Shown one piece after another: positions 27,701 through 40,024 of a DNA stretch of 64,000 nucleotides (its first letter is position 1; each line of letters starts with the position of its first letter). Origin of the DNA: Mytilus trossulus (taxonomy: Eukaryota). The position numbers and the translations under genes were made by a program. Location: assembly GCF_036588685.1 (NCBI RefSeq), contig NC_086374.1, positions 54,560,001 to 54,624,000 on the forward strand, in the 5' to 3' direction. The notes under the pieces were generated by a model. It ran no database searches. It saw only the letters and a program-made list of their open reading frames with translations, and was not told the DNA's origin.

Positions 27701-30700
27701 TCGGATTACTTGCAATAAACAAAACGAACATACAACGAAAACAACATAGATCAAGGTCGGATGATTGAACGGAAACGTGTTTATCAAGTAGGAAACATCC
27801 CAAATGATATATTTACAAACGAAAGGTGCAAACATGCAATAGCCAACGTAATTGAAGCAATAGAATGTTTCCAAAGCGGACTCCGTGAAATTGACAATCT
27901 TTATAAACTATTCGTTGACACACTTCATAGTGAAATGGACCAACGGCTTGTCTACAAGGATAAACATAGTGGACATAACGGCAAAAGGAGGCGAAAAATA
28001 GGAAAACCATATTGGAACAGTAATCTTAATGAACTTCTCAATAAAACTTACAGGTCGGAAAAAGATTGTCTACGATGTAACGGCAACAGACGCACACGAG
28101 ATAGGCTGAAGCAGATTTTTATTGTGAATCGGAAAAGCTTTGATAAATGTCTGAGACAAGCGGAACGACAGTATCAGGCGGAACAACGCAACAAGTTAAA
28201 AACACTAAATACGCAAAATCCTAAAGAATTTTGGAAGGAAGTAAACAAATTGGGACCGCAAACCACAAAACAAAACATTGATTCAGTTTTTCGGGAAGAT
28301 GGAACAATTTCATATGACACAAACGAAATTCTGGAACGTTGGCGAAGCGAGTTCTCGAAGCTTTTTTCAGCAGACATTACGGAAGTTGATGACTTATTTA
28401 TATCCAACATTGAACAGTTAAATGCGCAAATGGAGGCCGAAATCGATAATCTAGATCTAAATGAAAGTAAAACCAAAGTTACGGATGCTACACTAAACGA
28501 TGATATTAACATTGAAGAGACTAAATGTGCCATGAAAAGACTGAAATCAGGAAAATCAGTAGGAGTTGATAATCTACCAAATGAAATTCTTAAAAACGAA
28601 AACTTAGTACATATCTTAACAAAATTGTTCAATCTGTGCTTCACTAGTGGAATAGTACCAAGTTCGTGGTGTAAATCAATTATATGTCCGATTCTGAAAT
28701 CTGGAAAGGACTATCGTGACCCATACGGATACAGAGGAATCAGTCTTATATCAACGGTCGCTTAACTATTTAGTTCAATTCTTAACAGTCGAATGGTGAG
28801 TTTCTTTGAAAGTGAAAATATTTTATGCGAGGAACAAAATGGATTCCGTAAACTCAGATCATGCCTCGACCACATATACAGCTTATGTACCATTCTAAGA
28901 AACAGAAAAACACTCAAACTGGAAACATTTATGTGCTTTGTTGACTTTTCAAAGGCTTTTGACTCTGTTGACCACACTTTACTGTGGCACAAACTTATGA
29001 CTGCCGAATTCACGGGCATATGCTTAAAACAGTCCAAAGTATGTATTCCGTTTTGAAAAGCTGCGTCCGCATAAACGAGCAATATACAGATTGGTTTTCT
29101 ATTGGTAAAGGAGTCCGTCAGGGTGAGAATTTAGCGCCGACGCTATTCGCCTTATTCATAAATGATCTGGTACCTGAAATAAACGCTCTGGGCTGTGGAG
29201 TTTTACTAGAAAATGACTTTTCACTCAGTACGTTGCTATATGCCGATGACATAGTTTTCATTTCTAGCTCTGTCGCTGGCCTACAAACACAACTAGACAC
29301 GTTAGACAACTGGTCGAGACGATGGCGCTTAAATGTGAATATTGACAAAACTAAAGTACTGCACGTAAGGAAAGCTACAGTTGCACGAAGCGAATATGTG
29401 TTTAAAATTGGCGAGAAAATTGTTGACTATACTTCACAGTACCGCTACCTAGGTCTTACAGTGTCAGAAACAGTAGACTACAACATCAGTGTAAACGAGT
29501 TGATTACTGGTAGCAGTCGTGCTTTGGGTTCCCTTGTTTCGAAATATTACAGTACAGATGGATTTGATTATGATACGTATACTAAACTTTTTGAAAGTAC
29601 AGTCGCCCCAATTATGACCTACTGTACTGGAGTATGGGGGTTTAAATCATATGAAGGACTAGACAAACTGCAAAATAGGGCTATACGATCTCTCTTAGGA
29701 GTCGGAAAGTTTACACCGATACCGGGAATGACAGGTGAAATGGCATGGATTCCAGTCTCCATCCGAAATCATTGTCAGATGATAAAGCTTTGGTGTCGTA
29801 TTGTAAATATGCACTCGGAAAGATTACCATCACGAATATATGCTTGGGACTGTAGTTTTTCACGAAATCATAAGGATACGTGGTACAACAATATAAAATC
29901 AATTATGAGCGAAAGTGGACTAGATACTTTATTTAACTCGAAATGTACGGATGGACTTAGTACCAAGTTTATTAGTAGTTTTGCAAAAGACATGCTAATG
30001 CAAAAGTAACAGATCACATGGGAAAAAGCCGTAGAAGCTATGCCAAAACTCCGCACGTATAGAGACTTGAACACCACATACAGTGTTCAGCCGTATCTAA
30101 AATCAGACATTTCACGCCATGAAAGATCAGCAATTGCAAGACTGAGATGTGGTGTTTTCCCCCTTGAAATCGAGAAAGGGCGTTTTCGGGGAGTTCCAGC
30201 TGATAGACGACTTTGTAAAGTTTGCAGAACTGGAAGCGTAGAAGACGAAAACACATTTTACTACATTGTCCTACCTATTCGTTACAGAGAAATCGCATGT
30301 TTATGGACTGTCAACAGAGATATAACTGTAATTTTGATAACATGTCTGACATGGATAAATTAAAATTTTTACTCAGTGCCGGTGTTAAAATAGTGTCAAA
30401 ATTTATCACTAACATTTCTGATATTAGAACACAAACATTAATGAGAAAAAATTAATTACTTATTTATTGTACATTTAAATTGATATTTGATAATTGTAAC
30501 AGATAACTATGGGAATTTTATAGGTACAGTGCATCATAAGCCTATGAAGGCTGGCTGACATAAAATATTGTTTCATAATTGTATTATAATGTTATATCAG
30601 GCTGCACTTTAATAAAAGAATATATATATATATATAGAATTGTGTTATCTAGCTATGTCAGTATTTCTTATTTATCAAACTGTAAAACAAATAAATCATG

Positions 30701-32442
30701 TACATAGTTGCTTTAATTGCTAAAATCATATAAATAAACTGGGTGATCAATAAACGATTAGAAAATAAAAAATAGAATTACAACTACAAACGATAAGACA
30801 TGTAACAATATCCAATCAGAATTACAAAAACCACATCATGACTAAATATAGAATGTTGGATAAGCAAATATTTTGACGCGTCTTATAGCCCAATTGATAC
30901 GATATTCCCGTGCTTGCATTTCCTATCATGATTTTCTTGATAGAGGGTTACTGCTCACAAGGAAGCTATTAAACCAAGAGTTCCAAATGGTGAAGTTGAA
31001 ATCATCCCTTCGTAAATTTTACGGACGCCATCACGAGTTGGTTGACCGTTATGGAATAACCGTTTCACAAATGATATCGGATATGTTCCTTACGTCGTAA
31101 CTACAACCCCCTTCCCTTTCATGAATTTGACCTACCGAATTAGACTATTTACCGGATTTGTAATCACATAAGCAACACGACGGGTGCCGCATGTGGAGCA
31201 GGATCTGCTTACCCTTCCGGGGCACCTGAGATCACCCCTAGTTTTTGGTTGGGTTCGTGCTGTTTATTCTTTAGTTTTCTATGTTGTGTCATGTGTACAT
31301 GTACTATTGTTTTCTGTTTGTCTTTTTCATTTTTAGCCATGGCGTTGTCAGTTTGTTTTAGATTTATGAGTTTGACTGTCCCTTTGGTATCTTTCGTCCC
31401 TCTTTTATATCAATGCGAATGCACACTCAGCAAAACTATCATATAAATCAGACTGTGATTACTTTAAAAAAAGTTATAAACGACTGTAACTAACATTCTA
31501 ATTAACTGCGAACAAAGAGGAAGTGTGGCTCTTTCGTCGGATTTGTGTATACTAATACATCTATATAATTTCCAAAACTAATTACTCAATGTTCAAATTT
31601 TCTTCCATAGTCAGTTAATTTGAGATAAATTTTCAATTGTGCGCTACACATATTTGCCAGCATTTTTTATGTCATTATTAAAAATATTCGATAACAAAAT
31701 CCTACCAATTTTAACATGAACAAACGAATCGCTAGCTTTTTTGTAGTTGTGGGTGTAAATGACTAAAAGAGGGACGAAAGATACCAAAGGGACAGTCAAA
31801 CTCGTAAATCTAAAACAAACTGACAACGCCATGGCTAAAAATGAAAAAGACAAACAGAAAAACAATAGTACACATGACACAACATAGAAAACTAAAGAAT
31901 AAACAACACGAACCCCACCAAACTGCACAACATTGTGTGATTTTTTTTAAACTCCCCTACTTATGTTGTTTGGCAAAAGGATTCCAGCTCTCAAAACCCC
32001 TATATTAAAAGAAGTGTCATCGTAAAGTAATTTTTTTAATTGTTAGAAAAAAAGAGACGTGGTATGATTCCAAATGAAACATCAATACTACAGTGCCAAG
32101 ACGAAGTGAATTCGCTCTCTTTAAATTATTCTCATTTTCTCCGGACTGTGTAATCTTGTTTCAGAATCAGGTTATATATTTTTAATTTATACTCAGATAT
32201 CAACTGGTCAGGACAATTGGTGATACTGACATTTTTATAACAAAATATTCTCCTACCTTGTAGCGTAGATGGCCCGTCGGAGGAGATGCATATGGAACAC
32301 CAAGATATTCCTCCACTTCTACTTGCGGGACGCGGGTAGTAACTTTTCCGCGAACTTTTCCGTATCGTGTTCTTTTAATGCATGTAGGAAAACAGTAGGA
32401 CGTACTCAAAACAAAAGTAAAAAAGATTAAAATCTTAGACAT
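15795..32442 (-). CDS. Secreted carboxylesterase copy B, ~522 aa, 11 coding exons: 32442-32257, 24340-24182, 23849-23705, 22987-22802, 22222-22080, 20646-20514, 19008-18931, 18081-18023, 17403-17265, 16975-16840, 15999-15795
   Basis: All junctions GT-AG with consistent phases; LPVLMFIHGGS oxyanion hole, NYRL, GLMDQ..WIQRNI..FNGDP..VTLYGHSAG (catalytic Ser), RDEG (Glu), GVQHGWDVFYVFG (His); signal peptide, no transmembrane segment. The 3' end of exon 5, or a possible extra exon before 20646, is uncertain. Confidence 0.85.
18565..18840 (-). repeat. Penelope-family 3' repeat fragment
   Basis: Reverse-complement match to 31130-31405 (aagagggacaaaagatacc...gtaggtcaca); further copies at 31767-31920, 33460-33800 and 51510-51660. 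Confidence 0.65.
19788..20340. mobile_element. MITE at a TTAA-type site (Kolobok/piggyBac-like)
   Basis: ttaa-GGGGGCTCCTGGGTATAAA...TTTGTACCCACGAGCCACC-tgaa imperfect TIRs. Confidence 0.55.
26110..26862 (+). pseudogene. LINE ORF1 (premature TAG at 26764; probable natural stop at 26860-26862)
   Basis: Heptad coiled coil, RPILVTL...VLKNKRKLK...IYIEPD, then a plausible continuation ending IRGGRVVKK*. Confidence 0.8.
26863..30455 (+). pseudogene. LINE ORF2 (endonuclease + reverse transcriptase), disrupted
   Basis: ORF pieces 26983-27390, 27761-28765, 28793-29056, 28984-30009, 30040-30363 and 30222-30455 join into one APE-RT polyprotein. Confidence 0.9.
30888..31405 (+). mobile_element. 3' fragment of a Penelope-like retroelement (RT C-terminus plus 3' repeat)
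   Basis: QLIRYSRACISYHDFLDRGLLLTRKLLNQEFQMVKLKSSLRKFYGRHHELVDRYG; several other copies in the window. Confidence 0.7.
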
Positions 32443-32482
32443 TTTGTTCTTTAGTGATTTTTCGTGTTACTTCCTAATAAAT

Positions 32483-32510
32483 GACTGATGAATATAACAG
32501 TTATTATATA
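32483..32510 (-). promoter_or_regulatory. Candidate TATA + Inr core promoter of carboxylesterase B
   Basis: TATATAA about 24 nt before TCAGTC, about 40 nt upstream of the ATG; conserved with copy A. Confidence 0.4.
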
Positions 32511-34237
32511 TCAGTACATATGCAGTTTTTAAATCCCAAAAAATAATAGTGTTTGATGTAATTGTAACATGTGTAAAATTACACGGGATTTTTTTTTTGC
32601 AACAGGTTTTGTTCATTGAAGAGTAGGATTTGTGAAAATATGTTTCAGAAGTTCTATCCTTGAGTAGATTAAATTGTTATATTTTCCATTGGATCTAAAG
32701 CTAAACAAAAAATGGAATCTTAAAACACCCAAACTTCAAAGTATAAGTGATGAATCAACTGTGTATCAATTTAAAATGTTCAACTATAATTTACTACACA
32801 AGATGAATGAGAACATTATAAGATGCAGAAAGCAGCTTAAAATAAAGTTTTATACGAGAATACTACTTAGAACAATTTCAAATTGAATGGGTTCTATTCA
32901 GTAAACTTTCGTACATGTCGAAACAACGGCAGGCCCTGATAACTAGTCAAATACCTACAGATCTCAAACATTTTGCATTTGCGTTGTCAGTTTGTGTTCG
33001 AATTATAAGTTGGGAAAAACTTTATAGTATCTTGGACAACTAGATCTTTTCAGTATCAGAACCTCGTCAAAGATTCCTGGATTATAATTGTGTACTCCAG
33101 GAGCGCGTATAGAATATTCATCAGTGGCACTCGAAACATCACTGTTTGAATGCCTACTCAAATGTGAAACTGAATAGTTTCAAGAACGAAATTCATAAAC
33201 AATGTGCCAATTATGCCTTGTGTGATCTGAAAATCATTTTGCAACATTTTATACAATCGTATATGACGCTGGATTATCTATTGGAATATTGTACGTGCTG
33301 ATGTTCACTTTTAACTGACTTCATTGATAAAACTGTTGTCCTTTTAATCGGCTCGTGTTTAGCTAACTTTTACTGACTATGCTCAGTTCCCTATAGTGAA
33401 AGTCTGGATTTGCATTGCGGTGATAAATCCAAAGCAAGAGCCGCTTTGCATATTTACGCATAGACTCGCTCCTCTTTCACAGATTACGATGGGTATGTTC
33501 CAATTGTCGTAACTACAACTTCGTCCCCTTTTCCCTAAATATGACCTACCGAATAAGACATGCGCCTTGGTTTGTACTAACATGATCAACAGGACGGTTG
33601 TCACATATGGGGCAGGATCTGCTTATCATTCCTAAGTACTAAGATCACCTCCAGTTTTTGGTGGGGTTCGTGATCAATTGCACAGTGTTTGGTTTTCTAT
33701 GTTGTGATTTGTGTATTGTTGTTTCTCTGTTAGTCCATTTCTATTTTTAGCCATGTCAGATGATTTTCGTCTTATGAGTTCGATGTCCCTTTATTGTCCT
33801 TCGTATTTATTGTACTGGGGTTTATTCAATTGGGGTCAATGCCCTTCATAATTGTCAACAGTAAATTGGAAATAGTGTATTGCTTTTTATTAAAATTACT
33901 GTAAAAATGTACTCTAGAACAGCAAAATATTGATATTGTGTCATTGTAATGTTCGTAAAACCTTATATTAGATGTAAGTTTAAATTATCAACCATGATAA
34001 AATCTATAAACGTGTTAATGCATGGTGTATTTAACTTTGTAAAAAGGCATGTCAAACATAGGAATTTAACTTTTATATGTCATCCGAAAATAAGCCTTCT
34101 TTATATTTGTAATTCCATATATAGAAACATACAAAAAATCCATTTTACTTCTATTTGAACTAGGTGTTGTCTTTAATTTAGTTCAGTCATTTATATGCAT
34201 TTTCTGGATCACGTTAGCCTAATGGCTTGGTTTTTCT

Positions 34238-34296
34238 TATAGGGAAGCGCCGAGTCGTACTACAAGCAAAAGCTAAGATGATTAAATCTTAAACAT
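34238..34296 (-). pseudogene. Frameshifted remnant of a third carboxylesterase exon 1
   Basis: aagaacaaaATGTTTAAGATTTAATCATCTTAGCTTTTGCTTGTAGTAC aligns to aagaacaaaATGTCTAAGATTTTAATCTTTTTTACTTTTGTTTTGAGTAC of copy B with a 1-nt deletion. Confidence 0.6.
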
Positions 34297-34561
34297 TTTG
34301 TTCTTGTCCTGGTTACTTTCTAACGTAAAAATAATAAAAATAACCGTTAATACCTGTAAATAATTATTTTGTGTTATTAAAAAAAAATCATAGCTGCTAA
34401 ATTTACTGTAAGGTTACAAGATTTTTTTCTTGATTTTAATTGCAAATGTTTGTTTGTGTGTATTAGACTTATAAGTAAGTTAAATTGGGTCAATAAATTC
34501 TTTGCTATATATTAAGAAAATTGTTTTTTTAGTAGAAAATGTGTGAGAAGCTTTATCTAAT

Positions 34562-34597
34562 CAAGGAGGTTATATTAGATCTAATATAACCTCCTTG
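34562..34597. mobile_element. 36-bp perfect palindrome with a 7-bp TSD: probable P-superfamily excision footprint
   Basis: ATCTAAT-CAAGGAGGTTATATTAGA|TCTAATATAACCTCCTTG-ATCTAAT. Confidence 0.6.
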
Positions 34598-35366
34598 ATC
34601 TAATCAACCATTAAAATAGTTTACATTTATATTTCCACGTACTTTGTTATTCGTTAACATCTAAAATTAAGTATTATGTCGAGAAGGTCAAGTTCAACAT
34701 GATGGATTTTGAATAAAATAAAAAAAAAAAAAAAAAAGTGTAAAATTGCCAAAGGAAATATTTATGAAAATATTTTTTTTAACACATCCTTTCACGGATA
34801 ACCCATGAATCCAACTTCATTTTTCTTACTAAGTATGGATTATAGCCCGTTGTTGAACATTTTAACATAAGATATTAAAAAAAAAAGTGAGCATCTCAGG
34901 CTATTTAAAAGTTGTCATAGCACCTTCCTTTACAAAGATTTCAAGCACCATAATTTAATATTTTTATCATAGAATTTAAATTTTGAGATGATATATGAGA
35001 TTTTTTTCTTGAGATTGATGTTGACACAGTACTTACATGTAGGATTTCAGTTTTCCTTTTGTCAACTTTCCAATCTTGATAAGTATTAAACTATAAATTC
35101 AAGCCTATGTCTTCGTTAAGGTGTTAGAGGTTTTAGTCAGTTTGACAATTACTTAATTAAAAGTGCTGACTTCGCATTTTGATCTAGGTGAGATTTCAAT
35201 TTTCTTTACTTGGCATTCATTTTTCATGAACTTTTACTAAATCTTCTCCTCTGAAACTTCAAGGCCAATTTGAACCAAACTTTCCCATAATCATCTTTTT
35301 TGTAAGTACAATGTAGTACAATGTAGTCTAGATATTTATATGTTTGTTCATTTGAATTGCAAACAG

Positions 35367-35515
35367 CAGAGGCGGATTTAGGGGGGGGACCGGACCCCCT
35401 TTTTGGGAAAAAAAGTGGTTGCTTATATAGAGAATCACTGAAGCATGACTGGAGCGAGCCCCCTGTTAGGCAGTCAGTGGGCCCCCACTTATGAAAATTT
35501 CTGGATCTGCCACTG
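35367..35515. mobile_element. Small MITE
   Basis: Imperfect TIRs CAGAGGCGGATTTAG...CTGGATCTGCCACTG; related partial copy at ~60319. Confidence 0.6.
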
Positions 35516-35885
35516 AACAGCTTGGCTGACAAGGCGAAAAGAACATTTATAGGGTTAATTGCAAGTTTTGTCTTAACCTTGAAAACATCTGCAGATTAAT
35601 CTGACAGTGACAGAAATGTTTAGAATGTTGAGAGTTACACACCATAAACTTAAATATTAAAAACTATTAACTTGTCAGGGAAGAGGCCTTGTTGTCACCT
35701 TGGGTCTATTTGCATACTCAACAAGGGGGACACACCAACATTGTAGGCAATGAAGTGGGCTTTCGAAGATCAGGCAAGTGGTTGAATATCCCACTGGTTT
35801 AAACAATTCTGTTAGCATTTCTATTTTTTTTTTTTTATTCAAATCACTTTTATCTATAATAAATAAATATATAAAATCTTCAAAC

Positions 35886-36834
35886 TTATTCAGCTGATTG
35901 AACACCTTTTTTTCTCTCTTCTAAAATTCTTTTCAAACAGTATTCAGCTTGTCCCTGAGCATGTTTATTTTTGTTTTCTTTTGCTTTTTTCAGTGCTATC
36001 CCACAATTTGTCTCAGCTTCATTCAATTTCGAAGTCCTCAAATATATGGCTCCTAAATTTGAATAAAGTGCTGGAAGTTCTGGTACATTTGATGCTGTCC
36101 CAACTTCAACAGCTTGAAATAATGTTGACTCTGCTTCTTTTAGATTGTTTTGCATAATTTGTACAGTAGCAATGTCATTTAAAAGAACTATTCTCTGTGG
36201 ATGTTCTTCTCCTAAAACTCTCCTAGCTATACTTTCTGATCTAACAAGTAATGGTTGGGCTTCTGCCAATTCTTTATGATACATTAGGAATCGGCCATAA
36301 CTTTCTAGAGCAAGACCAAGCAAGGCATATGTATTGTTGTCAGACTCTGGATTTTCCTTGACCTTCACTTCCATAATTTTAACTGCTTCTCGATATCCCA
36401 TCTCTGCCATTTCATCTTTATTTGTCATTGCATAAAGACTTCCTAATTTAATGGTTATTTCAACAAAAGCATTACTGGTTTTTTCCATTCCCTTTTGAAG
36501 GCAAGCTTTCATTGTTTCTTTATATAAAACCTCAGCTTTTGAGAATTGTCGTTGATTTAAAGCTATATTAGCCAAATCGTCATATACTGTCACTTTTGCA
36601 TTAAAGTATTCTTCTCTCTCCATTTCTTTGCTTTTGAATTTATTCTCTATGTCGTATAGAGCCTCATGATAAATTCTTTCTGCAGCTTGATTTTCATTTC
36701 GCATGGCTGCCAGTTTTGCCCGTTTTATACTCATAACAATAGGGTCTTCTTCTGTTTTGCTTGAAAATCCAAGGAAACATCTTGATACACCAATTAATCC
36801 AAAAGAAGAAACAATTGTTGACAAGGAACTGGTT
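35886..36834 (-). CDS. TTC19: TTC19 homologue (mitochondrial TPR protein, complex III quality control), large terminal exon; 5' exon(s) unresolved (candidate 39280-39214)
   Basis: IKRAKL...AERIYHEAL, YDDLANIAL..QFSKAEVLYKETM, NAFVEITIKLGSLYA, LGEEHPQRIVLLNDIAT TPR repeats; ttacag acceptor immediately before 36834. Confidence 0.85.
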
Positions 36835-36934
36835 CTGTAAAAGAAACAATAATTTTAAAATGACATTTTTAAATGCTAACTCAAGGATCACATCTCCCGG
36901 TGGGGTTACTTCCTATATTTTTAGTCATGTTAGT

Positions 36935-37262
36935 GGTAGGATTGTGCCTCAAAACAGGGTTGCTTTTTCATTTTCAGCTGGTTAGAACAGGATCCCTTTT
37001 TCATGTCCTGAGGGTCACTTCTTTGTGCCCTGCTGGTGAGAACAGTGTCTTTTTTAAACAAAGTATTTGTCTAGAACAGGAACACTTATTTAACTGTTTA
37101 AGATATAGTCTAGAACCTGTTCTAGAACAGCATCTATTTTATACCATCTAGAACAGGGTATACTTTTCTGAGCGTATCTAATACCGGGTATGTTTTTCAA
37201 TAATATTTCTGTTTAGAACAAGGTATGTTTTTCAATGTTTTCTGGTTAGAACAGGGTACAAT
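36935..37262. repeat. Degenerate minisatellite of tctagaacagggta units
   Basis: About 9 copies of (t)agaacaggg-like cores at irregular ~20-35 bp spacing. Confidence 0.6.
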
Positions 37263-37379
37263 TTGGCAAGTGCTGTTTGCACAGTTATATCGAAAGAATA
37301 GTCAGCAACCAGCCCGGATAACATCTAAAGATTATTTAAATTAACTCATCATAGAAACCAGAATTGAAATTTTGTGTTT

Positions 37380-37423
37380 ACGCCAGACCTGCGTTTTGTC
37401 TACAAAAGACTCATCTGTGACGC
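37380..37423 (-). ncRNA. Degenerate hammerhead ribozyme motif (probably inactive)
   Basis: GCGUCA-CAGAUGA-GUC..GAC-AAA-ACGCAGGU-C-UGGCGU; two core substitutions. Confidence 0.5.
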
Positions 37424-39591
37424 TTGAATAAAAAAAAGTTAAAAATAGATAGTCATGATAGTGTCCAATTCATTTTTAAATTGTCTTTGAAAAATCTTTA
37501 CAATGTATCTTTTCATGTGCATCTTTTATCTTTAACAATGTATTATCTGTACACATTATAAATGTATTGTCTTAGTCAATGTAGATGTTTTAAGGATGTT
37601 TGTTGCATGTGTTACTCTTTGGTTCTTTGTAAAACTTCTGAGATTTTGCAGAAACAGTCATTCCATAAATATATACATGTATAATACATCATAAAGGCAA
37701 TACATGATTAATATCTGATGTCTACAAGAGAAATAAGCTTGATTTAACATTAAACTACATGTACTAATTTTGTATTGAATGAATAATTCATTTGTTTTAC
37801 TTTAGTAGTACTTGTGCTAATATACAAAAAATGTAATAATATAAAGTTGATTCTTAATTTTACTTTCATTTAATGATTTATATCATGTATTTTGTTGCAG
37901 ATGAACATTCTGCTAAAACAATAACTAGGCAATGAACAGGTAAAAAGTCTGCTTTAACCATAAATATAGCTCCATACAGGTGGCTTGGACACCCTGGCCC
38001 TAACCCTAAATCTGCCTTTGCTTTTTAAAGACAAAATACACCTACATGCTATTTATCAAATTTTGATGAAATTTTGTATGAATTTAGAACTCAACTACAT
38101 GTACCTGCACTGAGCTGTATCTGGATATTGAAATACATAATACATGTAGGTTATATAGAGATATACAGGCAATTAATAAATTGCTTCGCTGAGTGCAGCT
38201 GGATGTGACCGCAGATGTCCAACCCTGAAAAGTTGGGACACAATATTCACGCTTGATACGGGTTTGAATTTCAATTGTAAATAAATTTTTAACACATAAT
38301 AGGTTTCTGACACAGAATAACTGTAGTCAAAGAACTTCAAATTGGTTATATGATTTAAATTTATATTCATTTCTGTGCATTTGTGCAATACACTATGTTG
38401 TTGCAAATTAATCTCTCATTCCCTCCTCCCCCCCCCAAAAAAAAAGAAGTTTACCCCTATTTTTTTGGCTTTTGTACAATACACCATGCTGTTGAATAAT
38501 AATCCCCCACCTAAAAAAAATATTTGATTTTTTTTTTTAATTTCTGATATATCTGAAATGGGAAAAATTGTCCCCCATTCCAATTTTTTTCACCTTCATC
38601 ATGTTCATCCTTTCCTTTATTCTAAAAAAAAATCTTTCCATCAAAATATGGTCAATATTTCAATTTCCCTCAAACCTTGACCTAATTTTCTCTTTTTTTG
38701 AACCAGGACCTCAAATCAAAAGATGATTGGGTCCTTGGTCTCTATAACTTATGGTTTATCAGTTAGAAAGGCATCACTAATATCAAATGCATAAAGGGGA
38801 ATAATTATCATATAGCTTCTCCAGATAGCTTAGGTCAAAGTAAAATGTAACATCTTACATGTCCTATATGAGTATAATGAGCACTTTGAAAAAATAAATC
38901 ATTTGCTTTCTTTTACAGTTGTGAATTCGAAGGAGATCTAATAACAAGAAAAACAGCGTTTGGGGGGGATAACTCTAACAAAGAAAAGTGTTGGCTAAAC
39001 AGGGTTAGTTTGAAAGCGTTTATACAAAAACAAATAAGCTACATCTTCTGAAACAAAACAAAACAGTGTAAGAAAAAATTGGGCAGAAAAAAATAAATAA
39101 AAAAATAATCAGACAAAATCAATTGGTCTTTCAACGTAAAAGTTCCATACTTTCATACTATTTCCACCTCTTTCTAAAAAAATCTGCATCCTATCAAATA
39201 TGGTCGAACTTACCGTGAAGAACCCTCTTACGAATGCTGAATGTTATTGGTACAATGTAAATGATTTTATTTCGAAACATGTTCAAAATTTTAAGTAGTG
39301 TGTCCATCATGTCCATAAATACACCAACACACCGTATTCTGGTAAGAGTTAAATAACTACATGTGTTAGATGTGACATTGACATACAATTTAAAAGCTTT
39401 ATCTTTTTTCTATCACATACATGTAGTGTTGGTTTAATGAAAATGGTGATAAAAACAAATTTGCTATGATTTTTTAAATTCCCATGTTTATATTTCACAT
39501 TGGCGCCTTATCATTGCTTATTGTTCAGTCAAATTTCACACGGACGAAGTCGAAATTACAGACAAAGAATGTATACAGTATAAGACTTCAA

Positions 39592-39998
39592 ATAGACCAC
39601 TTTCGAATTCATCCGTCACCTGAAAAAACTTGTCAATTATATGCCCCTTTGTGACGTCATATAAATGTACCAGATAGAGGGGCTCACCTGTATCCCTGCA
39701 CTATAAACGTTCAGCAAGCGTCTTAGTGATCATCATTGTGCAGGATAAACTAAAAATAAAGTTTGTTCAGTAGGTACTTAATCACAATTCCCTAAGGACA
39801 GCGGTGCTGATTCTAAATTATGAGAATTTAATTTGCCGAATAATTGATGCAATAGAGTTTTATAGTTTTTCAACCACTCGCTCAACATTGAAATGGAAAT
39901 CACAACGCACCTAAACATTTGCTAAATGTAAATGCACGTGTGACTTTTACTAAAACCAAAGTTTTTGACGGAATGCATCGAACTTGAAAGTTGTCTAT
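39592..39998. mobile_element. MITE (Harbinger-like ends)
   Basis: ATAGACCACTTTCGAATTCATCCGTCA...TGACGGAATGCATCGAACTTGAAAGTTGTCTAT. Confidence 0.6.
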
Positions 39999-40024
39999 TG
40001 GGATTGATTGTGTAGTTTTATACG

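Larger units (their letters stand above)
25891..30636 (+). mobile_element. Full-length but disabled non-LTR retrotransposon (APE-RT LINE, RTE-X-like; clade not certain), antisense in intron 1 of carboxylesterase B
   Basis: ORF1 with coiled coil and RRM-like region; ORF2 APE motifs (IGSWNCKG, GINETH, GSGGVG, VVDYI, PDH) and RT motifs (YRGISL, QNGFR, DFSKAFD, GVRQG, LLYADD, YRYLG); C-terminal CX2CX8HX4C; AATAAA then (TA)n; several stops and frameshifts. Confidence 0.93.

Noticed and set aside
15795-32442. Neuroligin or acetylcholinesterase
   Set aside because: The catalytic Ser is retained and there is no transmembrane segment or PDZ tail (not neuroligin); GHSAG rather than FGESAG and no WNP choline-site motif (not AChE)
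37901-37939. Isolated plus-strand exon-like segment (ttgcag...ag|gtaaaa) within the TTC19 region
   Set aside because: No partner exons or meaningful ORF found; could be chance
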